Source: Cetorhinus maximus (taxonomy: Eukaryota). Taken from it: DNA of 64,000 nucleotides. Below, one piece after another: positions 26,059 through 37,334 of this stretch (within the stretch, counting starts at the first letter, position 1; each line of letters begins with the position of its first letter). The stretch is from assembly GCF_964194155.1 (NCBI RefSeq), contig NC_135882.1:4340001-4404000 (forward strand), written 5' to 3'. Under the pieces are notes generated by a model. The model was given only the letters and a program-made list of their open reading frames with translations. It searched no databases and was not told the origin of the DNA. The translations under genes and the position numbers were made by a program.

Positions 26059-26734
26059 CTGCAATACAAAAAAAGAGGAAAACATTAGCTTCACTAATGT
26101 GTTTGAATACAAAATAAAGTACAGCACTAAGGTGTAAATCAGTATATGTGCACAAGGGAAAAATATTTGCAATTCATATTTATAGAATTAAAACAATATG
26201 ATGACAGCACTGCACGAATTACCTTATTGTTACTCAAGCAGAAAAGAATACATCTACGCCATCCTGTTTCTCAAATGCTTGTATATCTGATAACAGGTAA
26301 ATGTACAGAATTTCACAACTTAGAAGACTATTTCAAAGGTAGTTACCTAATTAAAGTTTCATTTTGAACCTTACTAACAATGCAAACTAGGCTAAGAGAA
26401 ACTACATGCGACATCATTAAACATCTCAATTGTACCGGGGTACGAAGGCAAAGTTAATGATCTATCACATGAAACTTTGCCAAAATTTACGGAACAATTG
26501 CAAAGTGAAGACAGACTTGCATATCTCCCTACAAATACTGTAACTGCAGGAAAGGTTAAATCATTACTCAGATACATATAATGATTCAACATAATGGAAC
26601 CCATGCAGCAGATTCCAGCTCAGCCTGTAGATAGTTTAACGGGTTAATGGTTGACAGTGTTAAACTGACAGTCTACATCAAGAGACAGAGTGTTACTTTC
26701 TATTGGCCACTGGTTTTGGAAGCATGGAAAATAT

Positions 26735-27260
26735 ACTGCACAGGAGGCCATTCAGCCCACTGTGTCTGGGCTGACTGAAAAAGCACTACCCAACCTAATC
26801 CACTTTCTAGCTCTTGGTTCATAGCTCTGTAAATTATGACACTTTAAATGCACATTTAAGTATTTTTTTGTTGAGGATTTCTCCCTCTACCACCCTTTTT
26901 GGCAGCGAGTTTCGGACCCTGAGCTTCAGTGAAAAGATTTCTTCTCAACTCCCCTTTAATACTTTTGTCAATTACTTGAAACTTATGCCCTTGGTTATTG
27001 ACTTCTCTGATAAGGGAGATAGGTCCTTCCTATCCAGGATCCTTAATTTTAAATGCCTCAATTAGATTTCCTCTCAGCCTCCTCTGTTCCAAAGAAAACA
27101 ATCCCAGCCTATCCAACCTTTCTTCATAGCTAAAATTCTCCAATCCTGGCAACATCCTCGTAAATCTCCTCTGTACCCTCTAATGCTATCATAGCCGTCT
27201 TGCAATATGGTGACCAGAATTGTACACAATCTTTCAACTAAGGTCGAACTAGTGTTTCTC
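26735..27260 (-). mobile_element. CR1 3' fragment
   Basis: cagcctatccaaccttttcttcatagctaaaattctccaatcctggcaacatcc is CR1 ORF2 end sequence. Confidence 0.8.
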
Positions 27261-29744
27261 CTTCTCACTACGTAATATCTGTCAAACACTCAGAACCCAA
27301 ATTTACAATGGAATTTAAAAACTGGTCAAAAGGTATAAAAATTATAGGATTTGCAGCACGATGATCTGCGACAAATCACGAACCTTGATAAAGGTCAGTA
27401 GTATATGTGGTAACTAATTGCTTCAGTTTCAAAAACCGGTTGACGTCACCAGTGATGTGTTAATGTTCTAGAATTGCTAACTTAGATCCATAACTGTCTT
27501 AAGTGTCTTTAAGGTACTTACAATGAACAGTATTCATCAGATACATTACAAGATACCAAAGAATACCAAAGACAAGAAAATACTTTAAAATTCCCCAGTA
27601 AAATGTAGCATGAGAAAATAATCATAACAAATGATCATGTACATTTGGTTCTACTGTTTCCACATCACATTTCCTTTTGGTTTCCTTTACAGCCAATGCC
27701 GTCATCAATTATCACTTTAAATTTACTTATTACATTGTGGCTTAAATTCAAGTAATCTGCTTGAATTTAAGCCATATAGGCTGCAGCAGTTCAAAAAGAT
27801 AGCTCACAACTACCTGCTCAAGGGCAATTAGGGGTGGACAGCCAGCGACACCCACATCCCATGAACGAATTTTTAAAAATGTATCCAAAGTCTTTAGCAT
27901 AAATGCTAAAGGTGTACCATTCCCCAATTCGAATCAAAGGGACACTTCACACATCAGATTTATAGGCTAAATAGTTCTCTATGCAGTTAGCATTTTGCAG
28001 TTCATGACCAAAATTCTGAAATTATTTTTCAATAATTTACATGAGTGATCAGAATACACTTAAAAATTAAGACCTGCCTGCCTAAAGCTCTTGCAAAGAT
28101 CAGCTAGGTAGAGCACCAGTTATTTTGGAATACAGAATTAGAACTAATTTCAATATCTGGCTCAAAAGCTTCAAAGAGGCTAAAAGTCAAATTAAGAACA
28201 CGTTCATCACAGGTGTCACTGCTGTCTTTGAAGGCTGGTGCAAAATCACCACAGCACATTGTATTATCAAAAGGATCTGCCAAAATGATTTTCACTGCAG
28301 CCTGCTTTATTGTATTTTGTGTTACGAAGAATCTTTCAGAACAGGATTAGAAAGTACACTGGAAGGAAACTGTTCAATTTGGCACTGGGGTGTAGAAGTT
28401 CTATGGTGTAGGGCTGATGAGACTTGATCGATAACCAAACATTAAAAAGGGTTACAAATATTGACAATCTAATTCAGTAAAGCAGTTAAATATATTCTGT
28501 ATATTGAATCCAAAGCTAAATAAAAGCTACGTTCATAATTTAATGTTTTTGGATTTGTGATGCTTAAAAATAATACATGCAGATGTAAGCACAAGCATGG
28601 CTTAAATTAAACATATGTATTTGGCTTTATGATAGATGTGTGACAGTGGCCATTAAGTCAGCATTCTGGACCAAAGGTTAACAAGTGACCTGCTTCACAT
28701 CCAATGTGTGTCCAACAGATCTGGAGCCACTATCCAGTGTCAATATTTTCTTCTTGCAATGTGCATTCACGTGGAAATAAATTTAAGCTGAATTTTTTAA
28801 GCCAAGTTAATAGATGTACGATGTAGAAAGTTTTAAGTTTTTGTCATGTTTGTCTCAACCTTAGTATTAGCTCTACATTCATTTATTTCTGTTCATTTTC
28901 TACACCCACATAAAGAATCATATCACTTTGTAATCCACAACTATTGGGAAGGAAGAAGTTTTGTCACCCAGAAAAGGTATCTTTGCACCTTAATACCAGG
29001 TTTTACATTCCTTCCTAAACATTTTAGCCTGAAGCTTGTGTAGTGAAAAACTCACTTTCAATTTAAATATAAACTTCCTCACTTAGGCAAGTGACAAATG
29101 GTCCTGAAACATGCATCAGAAGATACTACAGTTAGCAACAGAATGTGAGATTAGTGATAATCTAAACAGCAGTATTCATACCAAATATTACTGAATTAAT
29201 CGCTGATCAATTAAAGACAGTTTGCCAGCCAAATAGTACAGAATAATTTTTTTTTTAAAAAAGTGCACGTTGCTTGTGTGGAAATAATTTTACAAAGCTC
29301 AATAGGAAAAACCCTCTTATGACACAGATAAATTTCAAATCATACATCATTATCTAAGTCACTGTCAAGCAACAATTGAAAAAATATGCAATACAAAAAA
29401 ATCACTGATTATGCAAAAATCAAGCTTTACTATCATCCGAGATCTTTGTTAATTAAGATACTAATAAGCTTTGATGCTTCTCAACTTGATCCTGATGGGA
29501 TGCAGGATGTTTCAAAAATATATACAATACTAGATAAAATAACTGAGTTTGCCTAATGTATAAATATAAACAGTAGCAAATTCTTGAAGAAGTTTATCAC
29601 TATTCAAATTTGAAGGGAGGCACTGAACAAAGATTCAGAATTAAGATGCTTGGTCTGACTAACTAAATAATGCTGGAACAATATTTGGTAAAGATGTAAA
29701 TTAGCTCAATCTAAATAAATGGAAAGGCCAACCCCCAATTTACA

Positions 29745-30845
29745 ATAACTTGCATTTATTTAGTAGTAAGGTGTACCAAGGCACTACATAGGAGCAAACA
29801 AATTTAACACTGAGCAACAGAAGGGGACAATAGGACAGGAAGCCAAAAACTAGGTCACAGAGTTAAGTATAAGCAGTGCCTTAAAAGGGAGAGGCAAAAA
29901 GGTTTCAGAAAGGAGTTCCAGAGCTTAGATGCTATGCAACTGAAGCACGGTTACCAATGTTACACCAATGGAAATCAGAGATGCACAAGAGACTGGAACT
30001 GGATGAACGCAGATATCTCAAAAGTGTGGGCTGGCGGAGTTTATAGAGATATGGTGGAGCAAGGCCACACGGTAATCTGAAAACAAGGATGAAACTTTTA
30101 AAATCAAGGTATTGCTGGATCAGAGGTCAAGGTCAACAAGCACATGGTGATGGGTGAACAAGGCAGCGAAGTTTTAGATCAGCTCATGAAGAGCACACAT
30201 CATTCATAATGACGAAAGGAGGGTGAGCTATGCCTAAAGCTGGTCTTACCTGGATAAGAGCACACAATATGATCACATAGCATCCAGTTTCTTCAGGTAG
30301 ACCACCCATCCACCAATTTCCCGAGGGATTAAATTGAAAGTCTCACAAGAACAAGTGGGTGGTCTCAAGTTTTGACTTTCTGGCTGAGGATCCGGATAAA
30401 ACCAGACCCATACATTAATCAGAAGAGGAACTTATGTGAACACTGAGACCAATCTCCACAGTGCCAGTCAATTTGCATTTATATAGCACCTTTAACATGA
30501 TAAAAAATTCCAAATTGCAGGAAGATCAAACAACAATTGACATTAAGCCACATAAGAAATACTTAGGAAGATTATCAAAAGCTTATTCAAAGAGGTTGGT
30601 TTCAAAGAGCATCGCAAAAAAGGACAGAGGTAGAAAAACAGAGAGGTTTAAGAACAGAATACAAGATTTTAGGGCATAGTCAGCTGAAGGCATGGCCACC
30701 AATGGTAGAGCATTTAAATCAGGGATGCTCAAGAGGAGTGCAGAGGCCTAAGGATTGCAGTGCTGGAAGAGATTAGAGATAGGAAAGGATGAAGCCATTG
30801 ATGGATTTAAAAACAAGGACGGAAGTTTTAAAACCAAGACATTTA
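29745..30845 (-). mobile_element. Two L2-like LINE 3' fragments (about 29745-30190 and 30470-30845)
   Basis: Shared ttgcattta tail and cagctgaaggcatggccaccaatgg motifs. Homologous to 49330-50125. Confidence 0.65.
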
Positions 30846-31317
30846 TGGGCTGATATTTTCTTATTCACAGAAGTGTGATGCATGTGGGAACACTTATCTA
30901 CCCAAGGAAAATACATTTATTTTCCTGGATACAATATAAAACAATAGTTTTAGTGGCGATGCCTTACAAACTCCTTTACAGATATGCTGAACCCATAAGA
31001 CAATGACCTAAATCACCTCCGCAATCCTTGAGATTTGTACATTACTCATTCATCCCACACCACTAACACCTTCACTGGCAGATATATAACCACCAACACT
31101 TCACTCATGCATCATAGCTCCAATTGTTCTATAATTATACTGTTGAGAAAAATGCAATGGGATTTAAAATGCTAATTTGAATGATGAAATATGAAAACAG
31201 TGATAATAATATTACAACTTAAAGGTGATGCGTCAGGGAAATGGGCAAGAAACAGACTCAAGGAGAAAAAATATTTTCTTTTTTGTTCACTAAACAGGTC
31301 AGATTGAGGCATTCACT

Positions 31318-31500
31318 GGCAGGTCAGGCAGCATCTGTGGAGACAGAAACACAGTTAATACTTCAGGTCAATGTCCTTTCATCAGGTCACAGACCTGAAA
31401 CACGTTAACTGTGTCTCTTTCTCCAGTTGCTGCCAGAGCTGCTGAGTATTTCCAGCATTTTCTGTTTTTCTTTCAGATTTCTAGCATCCGCAGAATGTTT
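31318..31500. mobile_element. Palindromic Penelope-like terminal-repeat element with a hammerhead-like core
   Basis: Inverted arms gcagcatctgtggagacagaaacacagttaa and ttaactgtgtctctttctccagttgctgc. The minus strand reads CTGATGA-aaggac-att-gacct-GAAG. Related copies at 32875-33005, 41730-41855, 43525-43600 and 44900-45100. Confidence 0.65.
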
Positions 31501-33777
31501 TTGTGTCGGAGGGAGGTATCTTCTGATATAATCAATTTCAACTCCTGCTTCTACATTTGAAACATTCAATTACACACATGTGCACAAGCCCACGTAGACT
31601 AGAGTGCACAGCACCATACAGAATATAAATATAATTAAACTGCCAGAAAGTTACAACTATCCACAGCTATAAATGTTAAACATCCTTAAAAAAAGCAGGC
31701 ACCTTTCTGTGCATTGTAAAACTACTTTGGTCATTTGAAGTTTCAAAGTTCCATGAAGAATGGAAAATTATATTTCCTCCCACATCAAACATGATGTAGC
31801 AGTTAAGTAATTCAGGTGCATATACAAAGATTGCTCAAGCCATTATAATTCCATTTTCCCGTTTGAACCAAAGAGCTCTCAGACGTTTTTTTCCCCCCCA
31901 GTATTTCAGCTGACAACACATTAACGGTCCATATCTCAGATGCCATAAGAACTCTTGTGCATGGCATTTTCTATGTTACTTATCATTGCTTTAAAATAAA
32001 ACAATTCTAATGTCACTGTTTGTCTGTACAGATCAACAAGCTGTTTTCCCTTAGCTGGGCTAAATTACTATACTTGCTGGCTGGTCAAAGCAAAAGGCAT
32101 CAAAGTCTATCAGCAGCAAAGACCATGCCACACAGTCTTACATTTGAAGTTTGTTGCCAGATTGCAGTCACGACAAGCAACAACAGCCACTTTCAGCATA
32201 GTGAAGCATGTGATGAGTCTGATGTAGGAAATGAATGATGCATTCTCAAACTGAGTATGGCTACTGTAATTTGGAACAATGAAAATGGATTGTAGTTCTA
32301 TGCTGCATGTATATGGTCACTACAACATTACATTTCCTCCAAAACAGCTCTAAAGAGAAGAAACACAGATACTGGTCACAAACATCACACTTAACATTTG
32401 ACATGGTGATTGTTTATCAGACTGTAGCAAGTAAGCTCCATCATTAAAGGTATAAAGCAAGAATCAACTTTGATAAACAAATGGAAAAGACCCACATTGC
32501 ATGGTAATACCTTCAGCATATGACAAAGTAAATGAGTACCCTTCTCACTGCAATTTACCATAATTAGACACACAGAAATTGCATGCATGATGTTATGGGC
32601 ATTAAATAGCACTTAGCAAGGTGAACAAGACATGTAGCAAAGAGCATTGACAGTACAATCCATATAAATTTAGCACTTTTTTAAAAAAAAGAGCAACTGC
32701 ACAGTGGTGAATTGCTACAAAATTCACTTAGATAAGAATATGTTACTGAGGTGAGGTGATGAAACTGGGAGGAGGCTCACGTAGAACACCGACATGACCT
32801 TTTGGGCCAAATAGCCTGTTTCTGTGCTGTAAGTAATATGAAACTTTGTGGCCTTAAAAGAACACGGATCCACTGTGCAAAAGCGAAAAACTACAGATGC
32901 TGGAGATCTGAAATAAAAACAGAAATGCTGGAAATACTCAGCAGGTGAGGCAGCATCTGTGGAGAGAGAAACAGAGTTAACGTTTCGGTGATGACTCTTC
33001 ACCTGACTTACAATAAATAATGCTACAGGAAAGCTACGAACATTTTGTGATAACACAGCACTGATAATAAGTGCTGTCACTGACCTCAAAAAAAAAGCCA
33101 TTGACTGCGTGGTTTAAAAAAAAATATGGCAAGGGAGAAAAGCCAGATTTATTAATGACATCTCAAATATTTGGAAATCAAGAACGGCTATCCCTTCCAA
33201 TTTGTGACAATAACTTGCAACTTCCATGAACATTTTTGTGCTTTCAAAAACCTGTGCTGGGTTGTGGGAGGAATGAATCAATCAAGTGAATAAGAACAAT
33301 ATGTTAAAACATAGGAGTAGTAAACCCTACAGCACCATCCAACAAGATAATGGCTGATCTTCGACCATGACTCCTTCTTCCCCATCTGTTCCTCATATCC
33401 CTCAATTCCCTGGAAAAACCAAAAATCTGTCCATCCCAGCCTTGAACACATTCAACAATGGAACATCCACATCCCATTGGGGTAGAGAATTTCAAAGTAT
33501 CACAAACCTCTGAGTGAATACTGATTAAAAACCCAGTGTTGTGGGTTGTTACCCAGTTTATAACCTCACTAGCTGTATCTGCACTCATGCCTGGCCACAC
33601 CAATGGCAAACTGGGTAAGAAAGGGGCAAAGTCAAGGCCCGGGGGGGGGGGGTAGACGGAGAGAAACAGGGTGGGGGAAGGGATGGAGGGGGACGGAGGG
33701 GCGGAAGGAGGTGGAGGCGCCAGGGAGGGATGGGGACACGCAGGAACAGAGCCCCAGAATAGAGGGAATGAGGGACA

Positions 33778-34222
33778 GGGGCGGGGTCAGGGCCCTGGAT
33801 GGGGGGGGGGGGGAGAGAGGTGGGGCGGGGTCAGAGTCCTGGAGGGGGGGGAGAGGTGGGGTGGGGTCAGGGTCCCGGAGGGGGGGAGGTGGGGTGGGGT
33901 CAGGGTCCCGGAGGGGGGGAGAGGTGGAGCGGGGTCAGGGTCCCGGATGGGGGGAGGTGGGGCGGGGTCAGGGTCCCGGAGGGGGGGAGAGGTGGGGCGG
34001 GGTCAGGGTCCCGGAGGTGGGGGGAGAGGTGGGGCGGGGTCAGGGTCCCGGAGGGGGGGGAGAGGTGGGGCGGGGTCAGGGTCCCGGAGGGGGGGGAGAG
34101 GTGGGGCGGGGTCAGGGTCCCGGAGGGGAGGGGGGGAGAAGGTGGGGCGGGGTCAGGGTCCCGGAGGGGGGAAATGGGGCGGGGTCAGAGCCCCGGGAGG
34201 GGGGAGGTGGGGCGGGGGTCCG
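33778..34222 (+). repeat. G-rich minisatellite, about 12-13 copies of a ~33-36 bp unit (GGGGCGGGGTCAGGGTCCCGGAG(n)AGAGGT)
   Basis: Tandem units are directly visible and differ mainly in G-run length. Confidence 0.95.
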
Positions 34223-34830
34223 AACAGGCGCGGTGACTCCGCCCCTTTATTGCGCCCCCGTGACTGAGCTGGTTACCATGGCAACTGCGCCTTGGCGCAG
34301 GGGATCTCTGAAGGCCCCGGATGGCGAGTGCCTCGCTCTCGCGCAGTATCCGACTGACGGCGGCGGCGGCGGAGGAGGCCGCACTGCCAGTTCATGAGGC
34401 AACAAGAAGCAGCCGCCTCTCAACCCCGAAGCCGGACCGGCGCTTCAGCTCACCTAACCTGATTGAAGCAAAGCGACTCACTCTGTTTATCGCTTAAACC
34501 ACGGTTTAAATACCCGACAGGGGGACAGATCTGAGGAGGAATGCGCCTGCACGTACTCGGCCTCTGAAGCAAATTTCTTCCTTCAGCGGAATTTCGACAG
34601 CCGCACAACCGACAGCCGCGAACAGAAGCGAAGGCTCGAGGAACCTGCGTACTCCCCAACTGCGCATCCCGACAGACGTCACAGACTGCTCGCGGTGGGT
34701 GGGCGGGGCCAGCGCGGAAAGGCGTCAGAGCGGCGAGTGGGCGGGGTCACCGGACAAAGGGGCAGGGCCCGTCTTGGAATCGCGCGTCAGTGCATCCAGG
34801 GGGCGGGGCCGTTTTTGGAACCAGCATCAA
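34220..34830 (-). promoter_or_regulatory. SNRK: SNRK CpG-island promoter and non-coding first exon (about 34454-34680)
   Basis: High CpG density. GC boxes GGGCGGGG at about 34701, 34739 and 34801; CRE-like GACGTCA at about 34675; NRF1-like TGCGCCTGC at about 34542. Candidate minus-strand donors at 34453 (GTGAGC), 34458 (GTTAGG) and 34481 (GTGAGT). The TSS is inferred. Confidence 0.75.
34272..34285. promoter_or_regulatory. RFX X-box motif GTTACCATGGCAAC
   Basis: Matches the palindromic RFX consensus GTTRCCATGGYAAC. Lies at the 5' end of SNRK intron 1. Confidence 0.7.
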
Positions 34831-36149
34831 AACACTTAGCAGCTTAGATGCAACCCTCCATGGTAAGCATATTCAATACTGAAATGTTGAAGATATTTAT
34901 ATTTTTTAATCTTTGCACTTTTTTTTAAGTAAATCACGTGTGTGGAATTATTATGCAGAAGTCAGATGTAATCTGCAATAATAAGGGTGTGCCTGTCCTC
35001 AACAAAACCTTTTCCTGTCAGCTGATTCACCTGTAACTCTGGTTAGCACCAACAGGTTGCTTAAAAACACCATTGTCCTGCAAGCAAGCTGAAAATAGAA
35101 AAAGTGCAGTGGCAAGAATGCAAGCTGGTTATAAAGCTTTATTCAAGATAGCTCTGAAAAAATGCAGTGTCCCCTGACCAGTGATACAGCACAGCATCAA
35201 GGCACCTTTGGGTGATTGGCCTGGGTCTTTGGATCACCCAGCTTAGTGACATTACCACTGTGCCATTGTCTCCCCCTTTTTACAACCATATAAGTACTTT
35301 TGAATTTGTTAGGCCACTCCAGGGGACATTTAAGAGTCAACCACATGTCACAATGGGTCTGGAGTCACTTATAAAGCAGACTGAGTAAGAACAGCAGATT
35401 TCCTTCCCTAAGGGACATCAGGAAACCAGACTGGTTTTTTTTTACAATACTGAGAGTAGTTTTTTATTCCAGATTTATTTATTAACTGAATTTAAATTCT
35501 CCAGCTGCAGTGGTGGGATTTGAACTCATGTCACCATATCATTTGTCCAGGACTCTGAATTATTAACCAAGTAACATAGCCACTATGCTACTGTGCCCTG
35601 TAGTGGTATGAATTTGCATAACTGAACAAGTTGGGTTTATTATGATCTGACAACTTCAAGGTCATTTTTACTGATTCCAGTTTTTATTTTATTAATGACA
35701 TAAAAAATATTTGATCTTGAATAGTCCATGTGATAGTTTCTTATTTAACATATCTTGAGCAAAATGACCAATTCACTGACGAGGATCATTTTCAAACTTG
35801 TCAATCAGCTACACGGGATGTCATAACTAGGCTTACCAGATTTTAATTAGATTTGAAAAATAAAAATTCCAATATTGGAATATTGTAATTCCTTTTTTTT
35901 CTCCTGGCATCTATATTTCTGGCAAGAGACAGCAACCTCCCTAATTAGGGAGCTCTCAATTCAAGGGGCCATGACATATTTATCTACTTTGCATCTTCAA
36001 TACTGACATGAGCTGGTGCAAAGGTACTAATTTGGTACACCTGGAAATACCAGAATGTGCACATTGTTTTTTTAACAAGGGACACCCTTTAATTTGAATG
36101 TCTCTTACAGAAGTGATAAGAATTGTATACCATGCTCTTCTACTCCAGA

Positions 36150-36538
36150 GACATGATTACTAAGCTGAGACTCCCAATTTGTGCTGAGGGAGAGCTACAT
36201 TGTCAGGGCTGCCATCTTTTGGATGAGACTGTTCAACTGAGGCCCCAATCTCCCCTTTCAAGTGGATGTAAAAAAAAAAAAATCCCATGGCACTATTTCA
36301 AAGAAGAGCAGGGGAGCGCTCTCCCTGGTGTCCTGGCCAATAATTATCCCTCAGCCAACATCCCTACAACAGATTATCTGATCACAGTTGTTTGTGGGAG
36401 CTTGCTGTGCACAAAGTGGTTGCCGCGCTTCTGATATATCAACAATGACTACACTTCAAATGTATCTTATAGGTTGTAAAGCGCTCTGGGATACCCTGAG
36501 CTCATGGAAGGTGCTATAGAAATGCAAGTTCTTTCTTT
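36150..36538 (+). mobile_element. Deu-domain SINE (SacSINE1/AmnSINE1-like, family A)
   Basis: Contains gatgagac...gaggcccc...atcccatggcactatttcaaagaagagcagggg...cctggccaata, the Deu-domain core, and ends aaatgcaagt. Other copies at about 5190-5415(-), 15640-15910(+), 17182-17410(+), 20070-20240(-), 44793-45305(-), 46597-47020(-) and 56356-57350(-). Confidence 0.8.
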
Positions 36539-37334
36539 TCATGATAGAAGCAAATGTTTAATATCTCTCACACTAGCAGTTTTTCCAACATTTTAGACAC
36601 AATCTTAACTTTCTTCCAGGCTCTCCAGGTAGTGCCTAGGATGTTTTCTGCTAGCAGAAAGTTCCTCCAGGCCCACAGCAGGGCTTATCTGAGGAAAAGA
36701 TTCGCTGGAATGCTAAACAGGGCCACTTTCCTGTTGCTCACTTCCTGCAGCAGCAGCTCTACAGCCACATCGACAGGGCCGGTTGTTGGTTCTGGAACGC
36801 CATGCCATGACCTTGCCGATTACTCCGTTTCATGCTCAATGAATGATTTGCTGCCATTGAAAGCAAAAATCACTTTTAAGTCCCTGCTGCCCTTTAAATG
36901 GCGAGGCAAGAAATTCCACCTCCAGTCGCGTGAACCCCCTGCAAGGACAGGAAGTCGCAGAGAATAGCTCACAAGGTACAAATCCTGTGGTTTTACTGAG
37001 GAGCAATCAGGTGGCTGCCTCTACTGTGCATCAATGGGAGTTCAGTTACCAGAAAATCTGGCGTCTTGTGAGAATATTGATACCCTGTACCTAATGAGAC
37101 AAGAGTCCTTGCTTGACCTCCTGTCAGAGATAGCAACTGGAACATTTAAAATCAGTGTCTTAAAGCTGACAACAAAAAACCACCATCCCCAACATTGCCC
37201 TTTCCAGTACCTCAGTGACCATGAATGCCCGATCTTTGATGTGCTGCCTGGGCCCTAAGCTCTAGAATTCCTTCCATACACTTCTCTGAATCTCTATCTC
37301 TCTCTCCTCTTTTAAGATGCTCCTTAAAACCTAA

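Noticed and set aside
33778-34222. CRISPR-like repeat array
   Set aside because: Eukaryotic context, no unique spacers and no cas genes; it is a simple minisatellite.
33603-34397. 264-aa, 198-aa and 145-aa Gly/Arg-rich ORFs
   Set aside because: They result from the stop-free G-rich minisatellite. All three frames are open and there is no domain signal.
26059-34450. A possible additional non-coding SNRK exon in intron 1
   Set aside because: Several splice-like motifs exist, but none can be singled out without transcript data.
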